A DNA stretch of 64,000 bases. Source: Auanema rhodensis. Its lineage: Eukaryota > Animalia > Nematoda. Where the stretch lies: the NCBI GenBank assembly GCA_964057225.1, contig OZ059897.1, positions 21,452,001 to 21,516,000 on the forward strand. The letters are read 5' to 3'. A model generated the notes under the pieces. It ran no database searches, had not been told where the DNA came from, and was given only the letters and a program-made list of their open reading frames with translations. Of this stretch, positions 1-12,496 are shown in pieces; the first letter of the stretch is position 1; each line of letters opens with the position of its first letter. A program made the translations under genes and the position numbers.

Positions 1-30
1 TGACTTTGAAATTTACGTGAACTTTAATTT

Positions 31-38
31 ATGCTAAT
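31..38 (+). promoter_or_regulatory. Octamer-like motif ATGCTAAT, once per monomer (first instance given); motif match only
   Basis: One mismatch from the POU octamer ATGCAAAT. There is no evidence of function from sequence alone. Confidence 0.25.
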
Positions 39-76
39 TAAATGTACACGTGATGTGCACTTGGTATGTAACTCGC

Positions 77-86
77 TTCACGTGAA
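77..86. other. Perfect 10-bp palindrome TTCACGTGAA (E-box/G-box core), once per monomer (first instance given)
   Basis: Read directly. A second CACGTG lies at 47-52 and a one-mismatch copy TTTACGTGAA at 12-21. Confidence 0.95.
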
Positions 87-165
87 AGATAAAGAGATGC
101 GGTTTTCAAAATTATATTCCCCATGTCCATATTAATCTGAAAACAAATTTTTATTGATATTGGTG

Positions 166-178
166 CATGGTAACCATG
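166..178. other. Dyad CATGGT-A-ACCATG, once per monomer (first instance given); contains a BstEII site GGTNACC
   Basis: CATGGT is the reverse complement of ACCATG, around a 1-nt centre. Arms extend to 7 bp with the T165 allele. Confidence 0.95.
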
Positions 179-2640
179 ACTTTGAAATTTACGTGAACTT
201 TAATTTATGCTAATTAAATGTACACGTGATGTGCACTTGGTATGTAACTCGCTTCACGTGAAAGATGAAGAGATGCGGTTTTCAAAATTATATTCCCCAT
301 GTCCATATTAGTCTGAAAACAAATTTTTATTGATATTGGTGCATGGTAACCATGACTTTGAAATTTACGTGAACTTTAATTTATGCTAATTAAATGTACA
401 CGTGATGTGCACTTGGTATGTAACTCGCTTCACGTGAAAGATAAAGAGATGCGGTTTTCAAAATTATATTCCCCATGTCCATATTAGTCTAAAAACAAAT
501 TTTTATCGATATTGGTTCATGGTAACCATGACTTTGAAATTTACGTGAACTTTAATTTATGCTAATTAAATGTACACGTGATGTGCACTTGGTATGTAAC
601 TCGCTTCACGTGAAAGATAAAGAGATGCGGTTTTCAAAATTATATTCCCCATGTCCATATTAGTCTGAAAACAAATTTTTATTGATATTGGTGCATGGTA
701 ACCATGACTTTGAAATTTACGTGAACTTTAATTTATGCTAATTAAATGTACACGTGATGTGCACTTGGTATGTAACTCGCTTCACTTGAAAGATAAAGAG
801 ATGCGGTTTTCAAAATTATATTCCCCATGTCCATATTAGTCTGAAAACAAATTTTTATCGATATTGGTTCATGGTAACCATGACTTTGAAATTTACGTGA
901 ACTTTAATTTATGCTAATTAAATGTACACGTGATGTGCACTTGGTATGTAACTCGCTTCACGTGAAAGATAAAGAGATGCGGTTTTCAAAATTATATTCC
1001 CCATGTCCATATTAATCTGAAAACAAATTTTTATTGATATTGGTGCATGGTAACCATGACTTTGAAATTTACGTGAACTTTAATTTATGCTAATTAAATG
1101 TACACGTGATGTGCACTTGGTATGTAACTCGCTTCACGTGAAAGATGAAGAGATGCGGTTTTCAAAATTATATTCCCCATGTCCATATTAGTCTGAAAAC
1201 AAATTTTTATTGATATTGGTGCATGGTAACCATGACTTTGAAATTTACGTGAACTTTAATTTATGCTAATTAAATGTACACGTGATGTGCACTTGGTATG
1301 TAACTCGCTTCACGTGAAAGATAAAGAGATGCGGTTTTCAAAATTATATTCCCCATGTCCATATTAGTCTAAAAACAAATTTTTATCGATATTGGTTCAT
1401 GGTAACCATGACTTTGAAATTTACGTGAACTTTAATTTATGCTAATTAAATGTACACGTGATGTGCACTTGGTATGTAACTCGCTTCACGTGAAAGATAA
1501 AGAGATGCGGTTTTCAAAATTATATTCCCCATGTCCATATTAGTCTGAAAACAAATTTTTATTGATATTGGTGCATGGTAACCATGACTTTGAAATTTAC
1601 GTGAACTTTAATTTGTGCTAATTAAATGTACACGTGATGTGCTCTTGGTATGTAACTCGCTTCACGTGAAAGATAAAGAGATGCGGTTTTCAAAATTAGA
1701 TTCCCCATGTCCATATTAGTCTAAAAACAAATTTTTATTGATATTGGTTCATGGTAACCATGACTTTGAAATTTACGTGAACTTTAATTTATGCTAATTA
1801 AATGTACACGTGATGTGCACTTGGTATGTAACTCGCTTCACGTGAAAGATAAAGAGATGCGGTTTTCAAAATTAGATTCCCCATGTCCATATTAGTCTAA
1901 AAACAAATTTTTATTGATATTGGTTCATGGTAACCATGACTTTGAAATTTACGTGAACTTTAATTTATGCTAATTAAATGTACACGTGATGTGCACTTGG
2001 TATGTAACTCGCTTCACGTGAAAGATAAAGAGATGCGGTTTTCAAAATTAGATTCCCCATGTCCATATTAGTCTAAAAACAAATTTTTATTGATATTCGT
2101 TCATGGTAACCATGACTTTGAAATTTACGTGAACTTTAATTTATGCTAATTAGATGTACACGTGATGTGCACTTGGTATGTAACTCGCTTCACGTGAAAG
2201 ATAAAGAGATGCGGTTTTCAAAATTAGATTCCCCATGTCCATATTAGTCTAAAAACAAATTTTTATTGATATTGGTTCATGGTAACCATGACTTTGAAAT
2301 TTACGTGAACTTTAATTTATGCTAATTAAATGTACACGTGATGTGCACTTGGTATGTAACTCGCTTCACGTGAGAGATAAAGAGATGCGGTTTTCAAAAT
2401 TAGATTCCCCATGTCCATATTAGTCTAAAAACAAATTTTTATTGATATTGGTGCATGGTAACCATGACTTTGAAATTTACGTGAACTTTAATTTATGCTA
2501 ATTAAATGTACACGTGATGTGCACTTGGTATGTAACTCGCTTCACGTGAAAGATGAAGAGATGCGGTTTTCAAAATTAGATTCCCCATGTCCATATTAGT
2601 CTAAAAATAAATTTTTATTGATATTGGTTCATGGTAACCA

Positions 2641-4048
2641 TGACTTTGAAATTTACGTGAACTTTAATTTATGCTAATTAAATGTACACGTGATGTGCAC
2701 CTGGTATGTAACTCGCTCCACGTGAAAGATAAAGAGATGCGGTTTTCAAAATTAGATTCCCCATGTCCATATTAGTCTAAAAACAAATTTTTATTGATAT
2801 TGGTTCATGGTAACCATGACTTTGAAATTTACGTGAACTTTAATTTATGCTAATTAAATGTACACGTGATGTGCACTTGGTATGTAACTCGCTTCACGTG
2901 AAAGATAAAGAGATTCGGTTTTCAAAATTAGATTCCCCATGTCCATATTAGTCTAAAAACAAATTTTTATTGATATTGGTGCATGGTAACCATGACTTTG
3001 AAATTTACGTGAACTTTAATTTATGCTAATTAAATGTACACGTGATGTGCACTTGGTATGTAACTCGCTTCACGTGAAAGATAAAGAGATGCGGTTTTCA
3101 AAATTAGATTCCCCATGTCCATATTAGTCTAAAAACAAATTTTTATTGATATTGGTGCATGGTAACCATGACTTTGAAATTTACGTGAACTTTAATTTAT
3201 GCTAATTAAATGTACACGTGCTGTGCACTTGGTATGTAACTCGCTTCACGTGAAAGATAAAGAGATGCGGTTTTCAAAATTAGATTCCCCATGTCCATAT
3301 TAGTCTAAAAACAAATTTTTATTGATATTGGTGCATGGTAACCATGACTTTGAAATTTACGTGAACTTTAATTTATGCTAATTAAATGTACACGTGATGT
3401 GCACCTGGTATGTAACTCGCTCCACGTGAAAGATAAAGAGATGCGGTTTTCAAAATTAGATTCCCCATGTCCATATTAGTCTAAAAACAAATTTTTATTG
3501 ATATTGGTTCATGGTAACCATGACTTTGAAATTTACGTGAACTTTAATTTATGCTAATTAAATGTACACGTGATGTGCACTTGGTATGTAACTCGCTTCA
3601 CGTGAAAGATAAAGAGATTCGGTTTTCAAAATTAGATTCCCCATGTCCATATTAGTCTAAAAACAAATTTTTATTGATATTGGTGCATGGTAACCATGAC
3701 TTTGAAATTTACGTGAACTTTAATTTATGCTAATTAAATGTACACGTGATGTGCACTTGGTATGTAACTCGCTTCACGTGAAAGATAAAGAGATGCGGTT
3801 TTCAAAATTAGATTCCCCATGTCCATATTAGTCTAAAAACAAATTTTTATTGATATTGGTGCATGGTAACCATGACTTTGAAATTTACGTGAACTTTAAT
3901 TTATGCTAATTAAATGTACACGTGCTGTGCACTTGGTATGTAACTCGCTTCACGTGAAAGATAAAGAGATGCGGTTTTCAAAATTAGATTCCCCATGTCC
4001 ATATTAGTCTAAAAACAAATTTTTATTGATATTGGTGCATGGTAACCA
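2641..4048 (+). repeat. 4-mer (704 bp) tandem duplication
   Basis: The order [CACCTGG+CTCCAC][ATTCGG][consensus][GTGCTGTG] occurs at 2641-3344 and 3345-4048 with matching G/T165 alleles. Confidence 0.9.
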
Positions 4049-5632
4049 TGACTTTGAAATTTACGTGAACTTTAATTTATGCTAATTAAATGTACACGTG
4101 ATGTGCACTTGGTATGTAACTCGCTTCACGTGAAAGATAAAGAGATGCGGTTTTCAAAATTATATTCCCCATGTCCATATTAGTCTAAAAACAAATTTTT
4201 ATCGATATTGGTTCATGGTAACCATGACTTTGAAATTTACGTGAACTTTAATTTATGCTAATTAAATGTACACGTGATGTGCACTTGGTATGTAACTCGC
4301 TTCACGTGAAAGATAAAGAGATGCGGTTTTCAAAATTATATTCCCCATGTCCATATTAGTCTGAAAACAAATTTTTATTGATATTGGTGCATGGTAACCA
4401 TGACTTTGAAATTTACGTGAACTTTAATTTGTGCTAATTAAATGTACACGTGATGTGCTCTTGGTATGTAACTCGCTTCACGTGAAAGATAAAGAGATGC
4501 GGTTTTCAAAATTAGATTCCCCATGTCCATATTAGTCTAAAAACAAATTTTTATTGATATTGGTTCATGGTAACCATGACTTTGAAATTTACGTGAACTT
4601 TAATTTATGCTAATTAAATGTACACGTGATGTGCACTTGGTATGTAACTCGCTTCACGTGAAAGATAAAGAGATGCGGTTTTCACAATTAGATTCCCCAT
4701 GTCCATATTAGTCTAAAAACAAATTTTTATTGATATTGGTGCATGGTAACCATGACTTTGAAATTTACGTGAACTTTAATTTATGCTAATTAAATGTACA
4801 CGTGATGTGCACTTGGTATGTAACTCGCTTCACGTGAAAGATAAAGAGATGCGGTTTTCAAAATTAGATTCCCCATGTCCATATTAGTCTAAAAACAAAT
4901 TTTTATTGATATTGGTTCATGGTAACCATGACTTTGAAATTTACGTGAACTTTAATTTATGCTAATTAAATGTACACGTGATGTGCACTTGGTATGTAAC
5001 TCGCTTCACGTGAAAGATAAAGAGATGCGGTTTTCAAAATTAGATCCCCCATGTCCATATTAGTCTAAAAACAAATTTTTATTGATATTGGTGCATGGTA
5101 ACCATGACTTTGAAATTTACGTGAACTTTAATTTATGCTAATTAGATGTACACGTGATGTGCACTTGGTATGTAACTCGCTTCACGTGAAAGATAAAGAG
5201 ACGCGGTTTTCAAAATTAGATTCCCCATGTCCATATTAGTCTAAAAACAAATTTTTATTGATATTGGTTCATGGTAACCATGACTTTGAAATTTACGTGA
5301 ACTTTAATTTATGCTAATTAAATGTACACGTGATGTGCACTTGGTATGTAACTCGCTTCACGTGAAAGATAAAGAGATGCGGTTTTCAAAATTAGATTCC
5401 CCATGTCCATATTAGTCTAAAAACAAATTTTTATTGATATTGGTGCATGGTAACCATGACTTTGAAATTTACGTGAACTTTAATTTATGCTAATTAAATG
5501 TACACGTGATGTGCACTTGGTATGTAACTCGCTTCACGTGAAAGATAAAGAGATGCGGTTTTCAAAATTAGATTCCCCATGTCCATATTAGTCTAAAAAC
5601 AAATTTTTATTGATATTGGTTCATGGTAACCA

Positions 5633-8600
5633 TGACTTTGAAATTTACGTGAACTTTAATTTATGCTAATTAAATGTACACGTGATGTGCACTTGGTATG
5701 TAACTCGCTTCACGTGAAAGATAAAGAGATGCGGTTTTCAAAATTAGATTCCCCATGTCCATATTAGTCTAAAAACAAATTTTTATTGATATTAGTGCAT
5801 GGTAACCATGACTTTGAAATTTACGTGAACTTTAATTTATGCTAATTAAATGTACACGTGATGTGCACTTGGTATGTAACTCGCTTCACGAGAAAGATAA
5901 AGAGATGCGGTTTTCAAAATTAGATTCCCCATGTCCATATTAGTCTAAAAACAAATTTTTATTGATATTGGTTCATGGTAACCATGACTTTGAAATTTAC
6001 GTGAACTTTAATTTATGCTAATTAAATGTACACGTGATGTGCACTTGGTATGTAACTCGCTTCACGTGAAAGATAAAGAGATGCGGTTTTCAAAATTAGA
6101 TTCCCCATGTCCATATTAGTCTAAAAACAAATTTTTATTGATATTAGTGCATGGTAACCATGACTTTGAAATTTACGTGAACTTTAATTTATGCTAATTA
6201 AATGTACACGTGATGTGCACTTGGTATGTAACTCGCTTCACGAGAAAGATAAAGAGATGCGGTTTTCAAAATTAGATTCCCCATGTCCATATTAGTCTAA
6301 AAACAAATTTTTATTGATATTGGTTCATGGTAACCATGACTTTGAAATTTACGTGAACTTTAATTTATGCTAATTAAATGTACACGTGATGTGCACTTGG
6401 TATGTAACTCGCTTCACGTGAAAGATAAAGAGATGCGGTTTTCAAAATTAGATTCCCCATGTCCATATTAGTCTAAAAACAAATTTTTATCGATATTGGT
6501 TCATGGTAACCATGACTTTGAAATTTACGTGAACTTTAATTTATGCTAATTAAATGTACATGTGATGTGCACTTGGTATGTAACTCGCTTCACGTGAAAG
6601 ATAAAGAGATGCGGTTTTCAAAATTAGATTCCCCATGTCCATATTAGTCTAAAAACAAATTTTTATTGATATTGGTTCATGGTAACCATGACTTTGAAAT
6701 TTACGTGAACTTTAATTTATGCTAATTAAATGTACACGTGATGTGCACTTGGTATGTAACTCGCTTCACGTGAGAGATAAAGAGATGCGGTTTTCAAAAT
6801 TAGATTCCCCATGTCCATATTAGTCTAAAAACAAATTTTTATTGATATTGGTGCATGGTAACCATGACTTTGAAATTTACGTGAACTTTAATTTATGCTA
6901 ATTAAATGTACACGTGATGTGCACTTGGTATGTAACTCGCTTCACGTGAAAGATGAAGAGATGCGGTTTTCAAAATTAGATTCCCCATGTCCATATTAGT
7001 CTAAAAACAAATTTTTATTGATATTGGTGCATGGTAACCATGACTTTGAAATTTACGTGAACTTTAATTTATGCTAATTAAATGTACACGTGATGTGCAC
7101 TTGGTATGTAACTCGCTTCACGTGAAAGATAAAGAGATGCGGTTTTCAAAATTAGATTCCCCATGTCCATATTAGTCTAAAAACAAATTTTTATTGATAT
7201 TGGTTCATGGTAACCATGACTTTGAAATTTACGTGAACTTTAATTTATGCTAATTAAATGTACACGTGATGTGCACTTGGTATGTAACTCGCTTCACGTG
7301 AAAGATAAAGAGATGCGGTTTTCAAAATTAGATTCCCCATGTCCATATTAGTCTAAAAACAAATTTTTATTGATATTAGTGCATGGTAACCATGACTTTG
7401 AAATTTACGTGAACTTTAATTTATGCTAATTAAATGTACACGTGATGTGCACTTGGTATGTAACTCGCTTCACGAGAAAGATAAAGAGATGCGGTTTTCA
7501 AAATTAGATTCCCCATGTCCATATTAGTCTAAAAACAAATTTTTATTGATATTGGTTCATGGTAACCATGACTTTGAAATTTACGTGAACTTTAATTTAT
7601 GCTAATTAAATGTACACGTGATGTGCACTTGGTATGTAACTCGCTTCACGTGAAAGATAAAGAGATGCGGTTTTCAAAATTAGATTCCCCATGTCCATAT
7701 TAGTCTAAAAACAAATTTTTATCGATATTGGTTCATGGTAACCATGACTTTGAAATTTACGTGAACTTTAATTTATGCTAATTAAATGTACATGTGATGT
7801 GCACTTGGTATGTAACTCGCTTCACGTGAAAGATAAAGAGATGCGGTTTTCAAAATTAGATTCCCCATGTCCATATTAGTCTAAAAACAAATTTTTATTG
7901 ATATTGGTTCATGGTAACCATGACTTTGAAATTTACGTGAACTTTAATTTATGCTAATTAAATGTACACGTGATGTGCACTTGGTATGTAACTCGCTTCA
8001 CGTGAGAGATAAAGAGATGCGGTTTTCAAAATTAGATTCCCCATGTCCATATTAGTCTAAAAACAAATTTTTATTGATATTGGTGCATGGTAACCATGAC
8101 TTTGAAATTTACGTGAACTTTAATTTATGCTAATTAAATGTACACGTGATGTGCACTTGGTATGTAACTCGCTTCACGTGAAAGATAAAGAGATGCGGTT
8201 TTCAAAATTAGATTCCCCATGTCCATATTAGTCTAAAAACAAATTTTTATTGATATTAGTGCATGGTAACCATGACTTTGAAATTTACGTGAACTTTAAT
8301 TTATGCTAATTAAATGTACACGTGATGTGCACTTGGTATGTAACTCGCTTCACGAGAAAGATAAAGAGATGCGGTTTTCAAAATTAGATTCCCCATGTCC
8401 ATATTAGTCTAAAAACAAATTTTTATTGATATTGGTTCATGGTAACCATGACTTTGAAATTTACGTGAACTTTAATTTATGCTAATTAAATGTACACGTG
8501 ATGTGCACTTGGTATGTAACTCGCTTCACGTGAAAGATAAAGAGATGCGGTTTTCAAAATTAGATTCCCCATGTCCATATTAGTCTAAAAACAAATTTTT

Positions 8601-11600
8601 ATTGATATTGGTGCATGGTAACCATGACTTTGAAATTTACGTGAACTTTAATTTATGCTAATTAAATGTACACGTGATGTGCACTTGGTATGTAACTCGC
8701 TTCACGTGAAAGATAAAGAGATGCGGTTTTCAAAATTAGATTCCCCATGTCCATATTAGTCTAAAAACAAATTTTTATTGATATTGGTGCATGGTAACCA
8801 TGACTTTGAAATTTACGTGAACTTTAATTTATGCTAATTAGATGTACACGTGATGTGCACTTGGTATGTAACTCGCTTCACGTGAAAGATAAAGAGACGC
8901 GGTTTTCAAAATTAGATTCCCCATGTCCATATTAGTCTAAAAACAAATTTTTATTGATATTGGTTCATGGTAACCATGACTTTGAAATTTACGTGAACTT
9001 TAATTTATGCTAATTAAATGTACACGTGATGTGCACTTGGTATGTAACTCGCTTCACGTGAAAGATAAAGAGATGCGGTTTTCAAAATTAGATTCCCCAT
9101 GTCCATATTAGTCTAAAAACAAATTTTTATTGATATTGGTGCATGGTAACCATGACTTTGAAATTTACGTGAACTTTAATTTATGCTAATTAAATGTACA
9201 CGTGATGTGCACTTGGTATGTAACTCGCTTCACGTGAAAGATAAAGAGATGCGGTTTTCAAAATTAGATTCCCCATGTCCATATTAGTCTAAAAACAAAT
9301 TTTTATTGATATTGGTTCATGGTAACCATGACTTTGAAATTTACGTGAACTTTAATTTATGCTAATTAAATGTACACGTGATGTGCACTTGGTATGTAAC
9401 TCGCTTCACGTGAAAGATAAAGAGATGCGGTTTTCAAAATTAGATTCCCCATGTCCATATTAGTCTAAAAACAAATTTTTATTGATATTAGTGCATGGTA
9501 ACCATGACTTTGAAATTTACGTGAACTTTAATTTATGCTAATTAAATGTACACGTGATGTGCACTTGGTATGTAACTCGCTTCACGAGAAAGATAAAGAG
9601 ATGCGGTTTTCAAAATTAGATTCCCCATGTCCATATTAGTCTAAAAACAAATTTTTATTGATATTGGTTCATGGTAACCATGACTTTGAAATTTACGTGA
9701 ACTTTAATTTATGCTAATTAAATGTACACGTGATGTGCACTTGGTATGTAACTCGCTTCACGTGAAAGATAAAGAGATGCGGTTTTCAAAATTAGATTCC
9801 CCATGTCCATATTAGTCTAAAAACAAATTTTTATCGATATTGGTTCATGGTAACCATGACTTTGAAATTTACGTGAACTTTAATTTATGCTAATTAAATG
9901 TACATGTGATGTGCACTTGGTATGTAACTCGCTTCACGTGAAAGATAAAGAGATGCGGTTTTCAAAATTAGATTCCCCATGTCCATATTAGTCTAAAAAC
10001 AAATTTTTATTGATATTGGTTCATGGTAACCATGACTTTGAAATTTACGTGAACTTTAATTTATGCTAATTAAATGTACACGTGATGTGCACTTGGTATG
10101 TAACTCGCTTCACGTGAGAGATAAAGAGATGCGGTTTTCAAAATTAGATTCCCCATGTCCATATTAGTCTAAAAACAAATTTTTATTGATATTGGTGCAT
10201 GGTAACCATGACTTTGAAATTTACGTGAACTTTAATTTATGCTAATTAAATGTACACGTGATGTGCACTTGGTATGTAACTCGCTTCACGTGAAAGATGA
10301 AGAGATGCGGTTTTCAAAATTAGATTCCCCATGTCCATATTAGTCTAAAAACAAATTTTTATTGATATTGGTGCATGGTAACCATGACTTTGAAATTTAC
10401 GTGAACTTTAATTTATGCTAATTAAATGTACACGTGATGTGCACTTGGTATGTAACTCGCTTCACGTGAAAGATAAAGAGATGCGGTTTTCAAAATTAGA
10501 TTCCCCATGTCCATATTAGTCTAAAAACAAATTTTTATTGATATTGGTTCATGGTAACCATGACTTTGAAATTTACGTGAACTTTAATTTATGCTAATTA
10601 AATGTACACGTGATGTGCACTTGGTATGTAACTCGCTTCACGTGAAAGATAAAGAGATGCGGTTTTCAAAATTAGATTCCCCATGTCCATATTAGTCTAA
10701 AAACAAATTTTTATCGATATTGGTTCATGGTAACCATGACTTTGAAATTTACGTGAACTTTAATTTATGCTAATTAAATGTACATGTGATGTGCACTTGG
10801 TATGTAACTCGCTTCACGTGAAAGATAAAGAGATGCGGTTTTCAAAATTAGATTCCCCATGTCCATATTAGTCTAAAAACAAATTTTTATTGATATTGGT
10901 TCATGGTAACCATGACTTTGAAATTTACGTGAACTTTAATTTATGCTAATTAAATGTACACGTGATGTGCACTTGGTATGTAACTCGCTTCACGTGAGAG
11001 ATAAAGAGATGCGGTTTTCAAAATTAGATTCCCCATGTCCATATTAGTCTAAAAACAAATTTTTATTGATATTGGTGCATGGTAACCATGACTTTGAAAT
11101 TTACGTGAACTTTAATTTATGCTAATTAAATGTACACGTGATGTGCACTTGGTATGTAACTCGCTTCACGTGAAAGATGAAGAGATGCGGTTTTCAAAAT
11201 TAGATTCCCCATGTCCATATTAGTCTAAAAACAAATTTTTATTGATATTGGTGCATGGTAACCATGACTTTGAAATTTACGTGAACTTTAATTTATGCTA
11301 ATTAAATGTACACGTGATGTGCACTTGGTATGTAACTCGCTTCACGTGAAAGATAAAGAGATGCGGTTTTCAAAATTAGATTCCCCATGTCCATATTAGT
11401 CTAAAAACAAATTTTTATTGATATTGGTTCATGGTAACCATGACTTTGAAATTTACGTGAACTTTAATTTATGCTAATTAAATGTACACGTGATGTGCAC
11501 TTGGTATGTAACTCGCTTCACGTGAAAGATAAAGAGATGCGGTTTTCAAAATTAGATTCCCCATGTCCATATTAGTCTAAAAACAAATTTTTATTGATAT

Positions 11601-12496
11601 TAGTGCATGGTAACCATGACTTTGAAATTTACGTGAACTTTAATTTATGCTAATTAAATGTACACGTGATGTGCACTTGGTATGTAACTCGCTTCACGAG
11701 AAAGATAAAGAGATGCGGTTTTCAAAATTAGATTCCCCATGTCCATATTAGTCTAAAAACAAATTTTTATTGATATTGGTTCATGGTAACCATGACTTTG
11801 AAATTTACGTGAACTTTAATTTATGCTAATTAAATGTACACGTGATGTGCACTTGGTATGTAACTCGCTTCACGTGAAAGATAAAGAGATGCGGTTTTCA
11901 AAATTAGATTCCCCATGTCCATATTAGTCTAAAAACAAATTTTTATCGATATTGGTTCATGGTAACCATGACTTTGAAATTTACGTGAACTTTAATTTAT
12001 GCTAATTAAATGTACATGTGATGTGCACTTGGTATGTAACTCGCTTCACGTGAAAGATAAAGAGATGCGGTTTTCAAAATTAGATTCCCCATGTCCATAT
12101 TAGTCTAAAAACAAATTTTTATTGATATTGGTTCATGGTAACCATGACTTTGAAATTTACGTGAACTTTAATTTATGCTAATTAAATGTACACGTGATGT
12201 GCACTTGGTATGTAACTCGCTTCACGTGAGAGATAAAGAGATGCGGTTTTCAAAATTAGATTCCCCATGTCCATATTAGTCTAAAAACAAATTTTTATTG
12301 ATATTGGTGCATGGTAACCATGACTTTGAAATTTACGTGAACTTTAATTTATGCTAATTAAATGTACACGTGATGTGCACTTGGTATGTAACTCGCTTCA
12401 CGTGAAAGATGAAGAGATGCGGTTTTCAAAATTAGATTCCCCATGTCCATATTAGTCTAAAAATAAATTTTTATTGATATTGGTTCATGGTAACCA
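5633..12496 (+). repeat. Irregular 7-mer higher-order repeat (1232 bp) with truncated 2- and 5-mer copies
   Basis: The order [ATTAGTG][CACGAGA][ATCGAT][TACATGTG][GTGAGAG][GATGAAG][consensus] is complete at 5985-7216 and 9329-10560. Partial copies start at 5633, 7217, 8097, 10561 and 11441. Confidence 0.85.

Larger units (their letters stand above)
1..176 (+). repeat. Representative satellite monomer (phase arbitrary)
   Basis: First unit. It carries left-edge variants G115T (ATTATATT), G135A and A139G relative to the window consensus. Confidence 0.97.
1..1584 (+). repeat. 5-monomer-period (880 bp) local higher-order repeat in the TATATT variant block
   Basis: Monomers 1-4 match monomers 6-9: ATTAATCTGA at 131 and 1011, GATGAAG in monomers 2 and 7, ATCGAT in monomers 3 and 8. 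Confidence 0.88.

Noticed and set aside
1-176. Identity with Brassica CentBr, Arabidopsis CEN180 or primate alpha satellite
   Set aside because: Only the length is similar. I recognise no sequence similarity, and the monomer lacks the HindIII AAGCTT site typical of the first two. A database search is needed for a positive assignment.
1-176. Tandem 5S rRNA, tRNA, snRNA or spliced-leader gene array
   Set aside because: I see no recognisable 5S, tRNA or snRNA sequence, cloverleaf or Pol III A/B boxes, and no gene-plus-spacer structure. An Rfam/Infernal scan would be decisive.
47-176. Budding-yeast-type point centromere (CDEI-CDEII-CDEIII)
   Set aside because: Only the 8-bp CDEI-like motif matches. 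There is no ~80-bp >90% AT CDEII or CCGAA-containing CDEIII, and point centromeres are not tandem arrays.
2912-2930. CENP-B box created by the G99T variant (TTCG)
   Set aside because: The downstream bases GTTTTCAAAAT do not fit TTCGNNNNANNCGGG.
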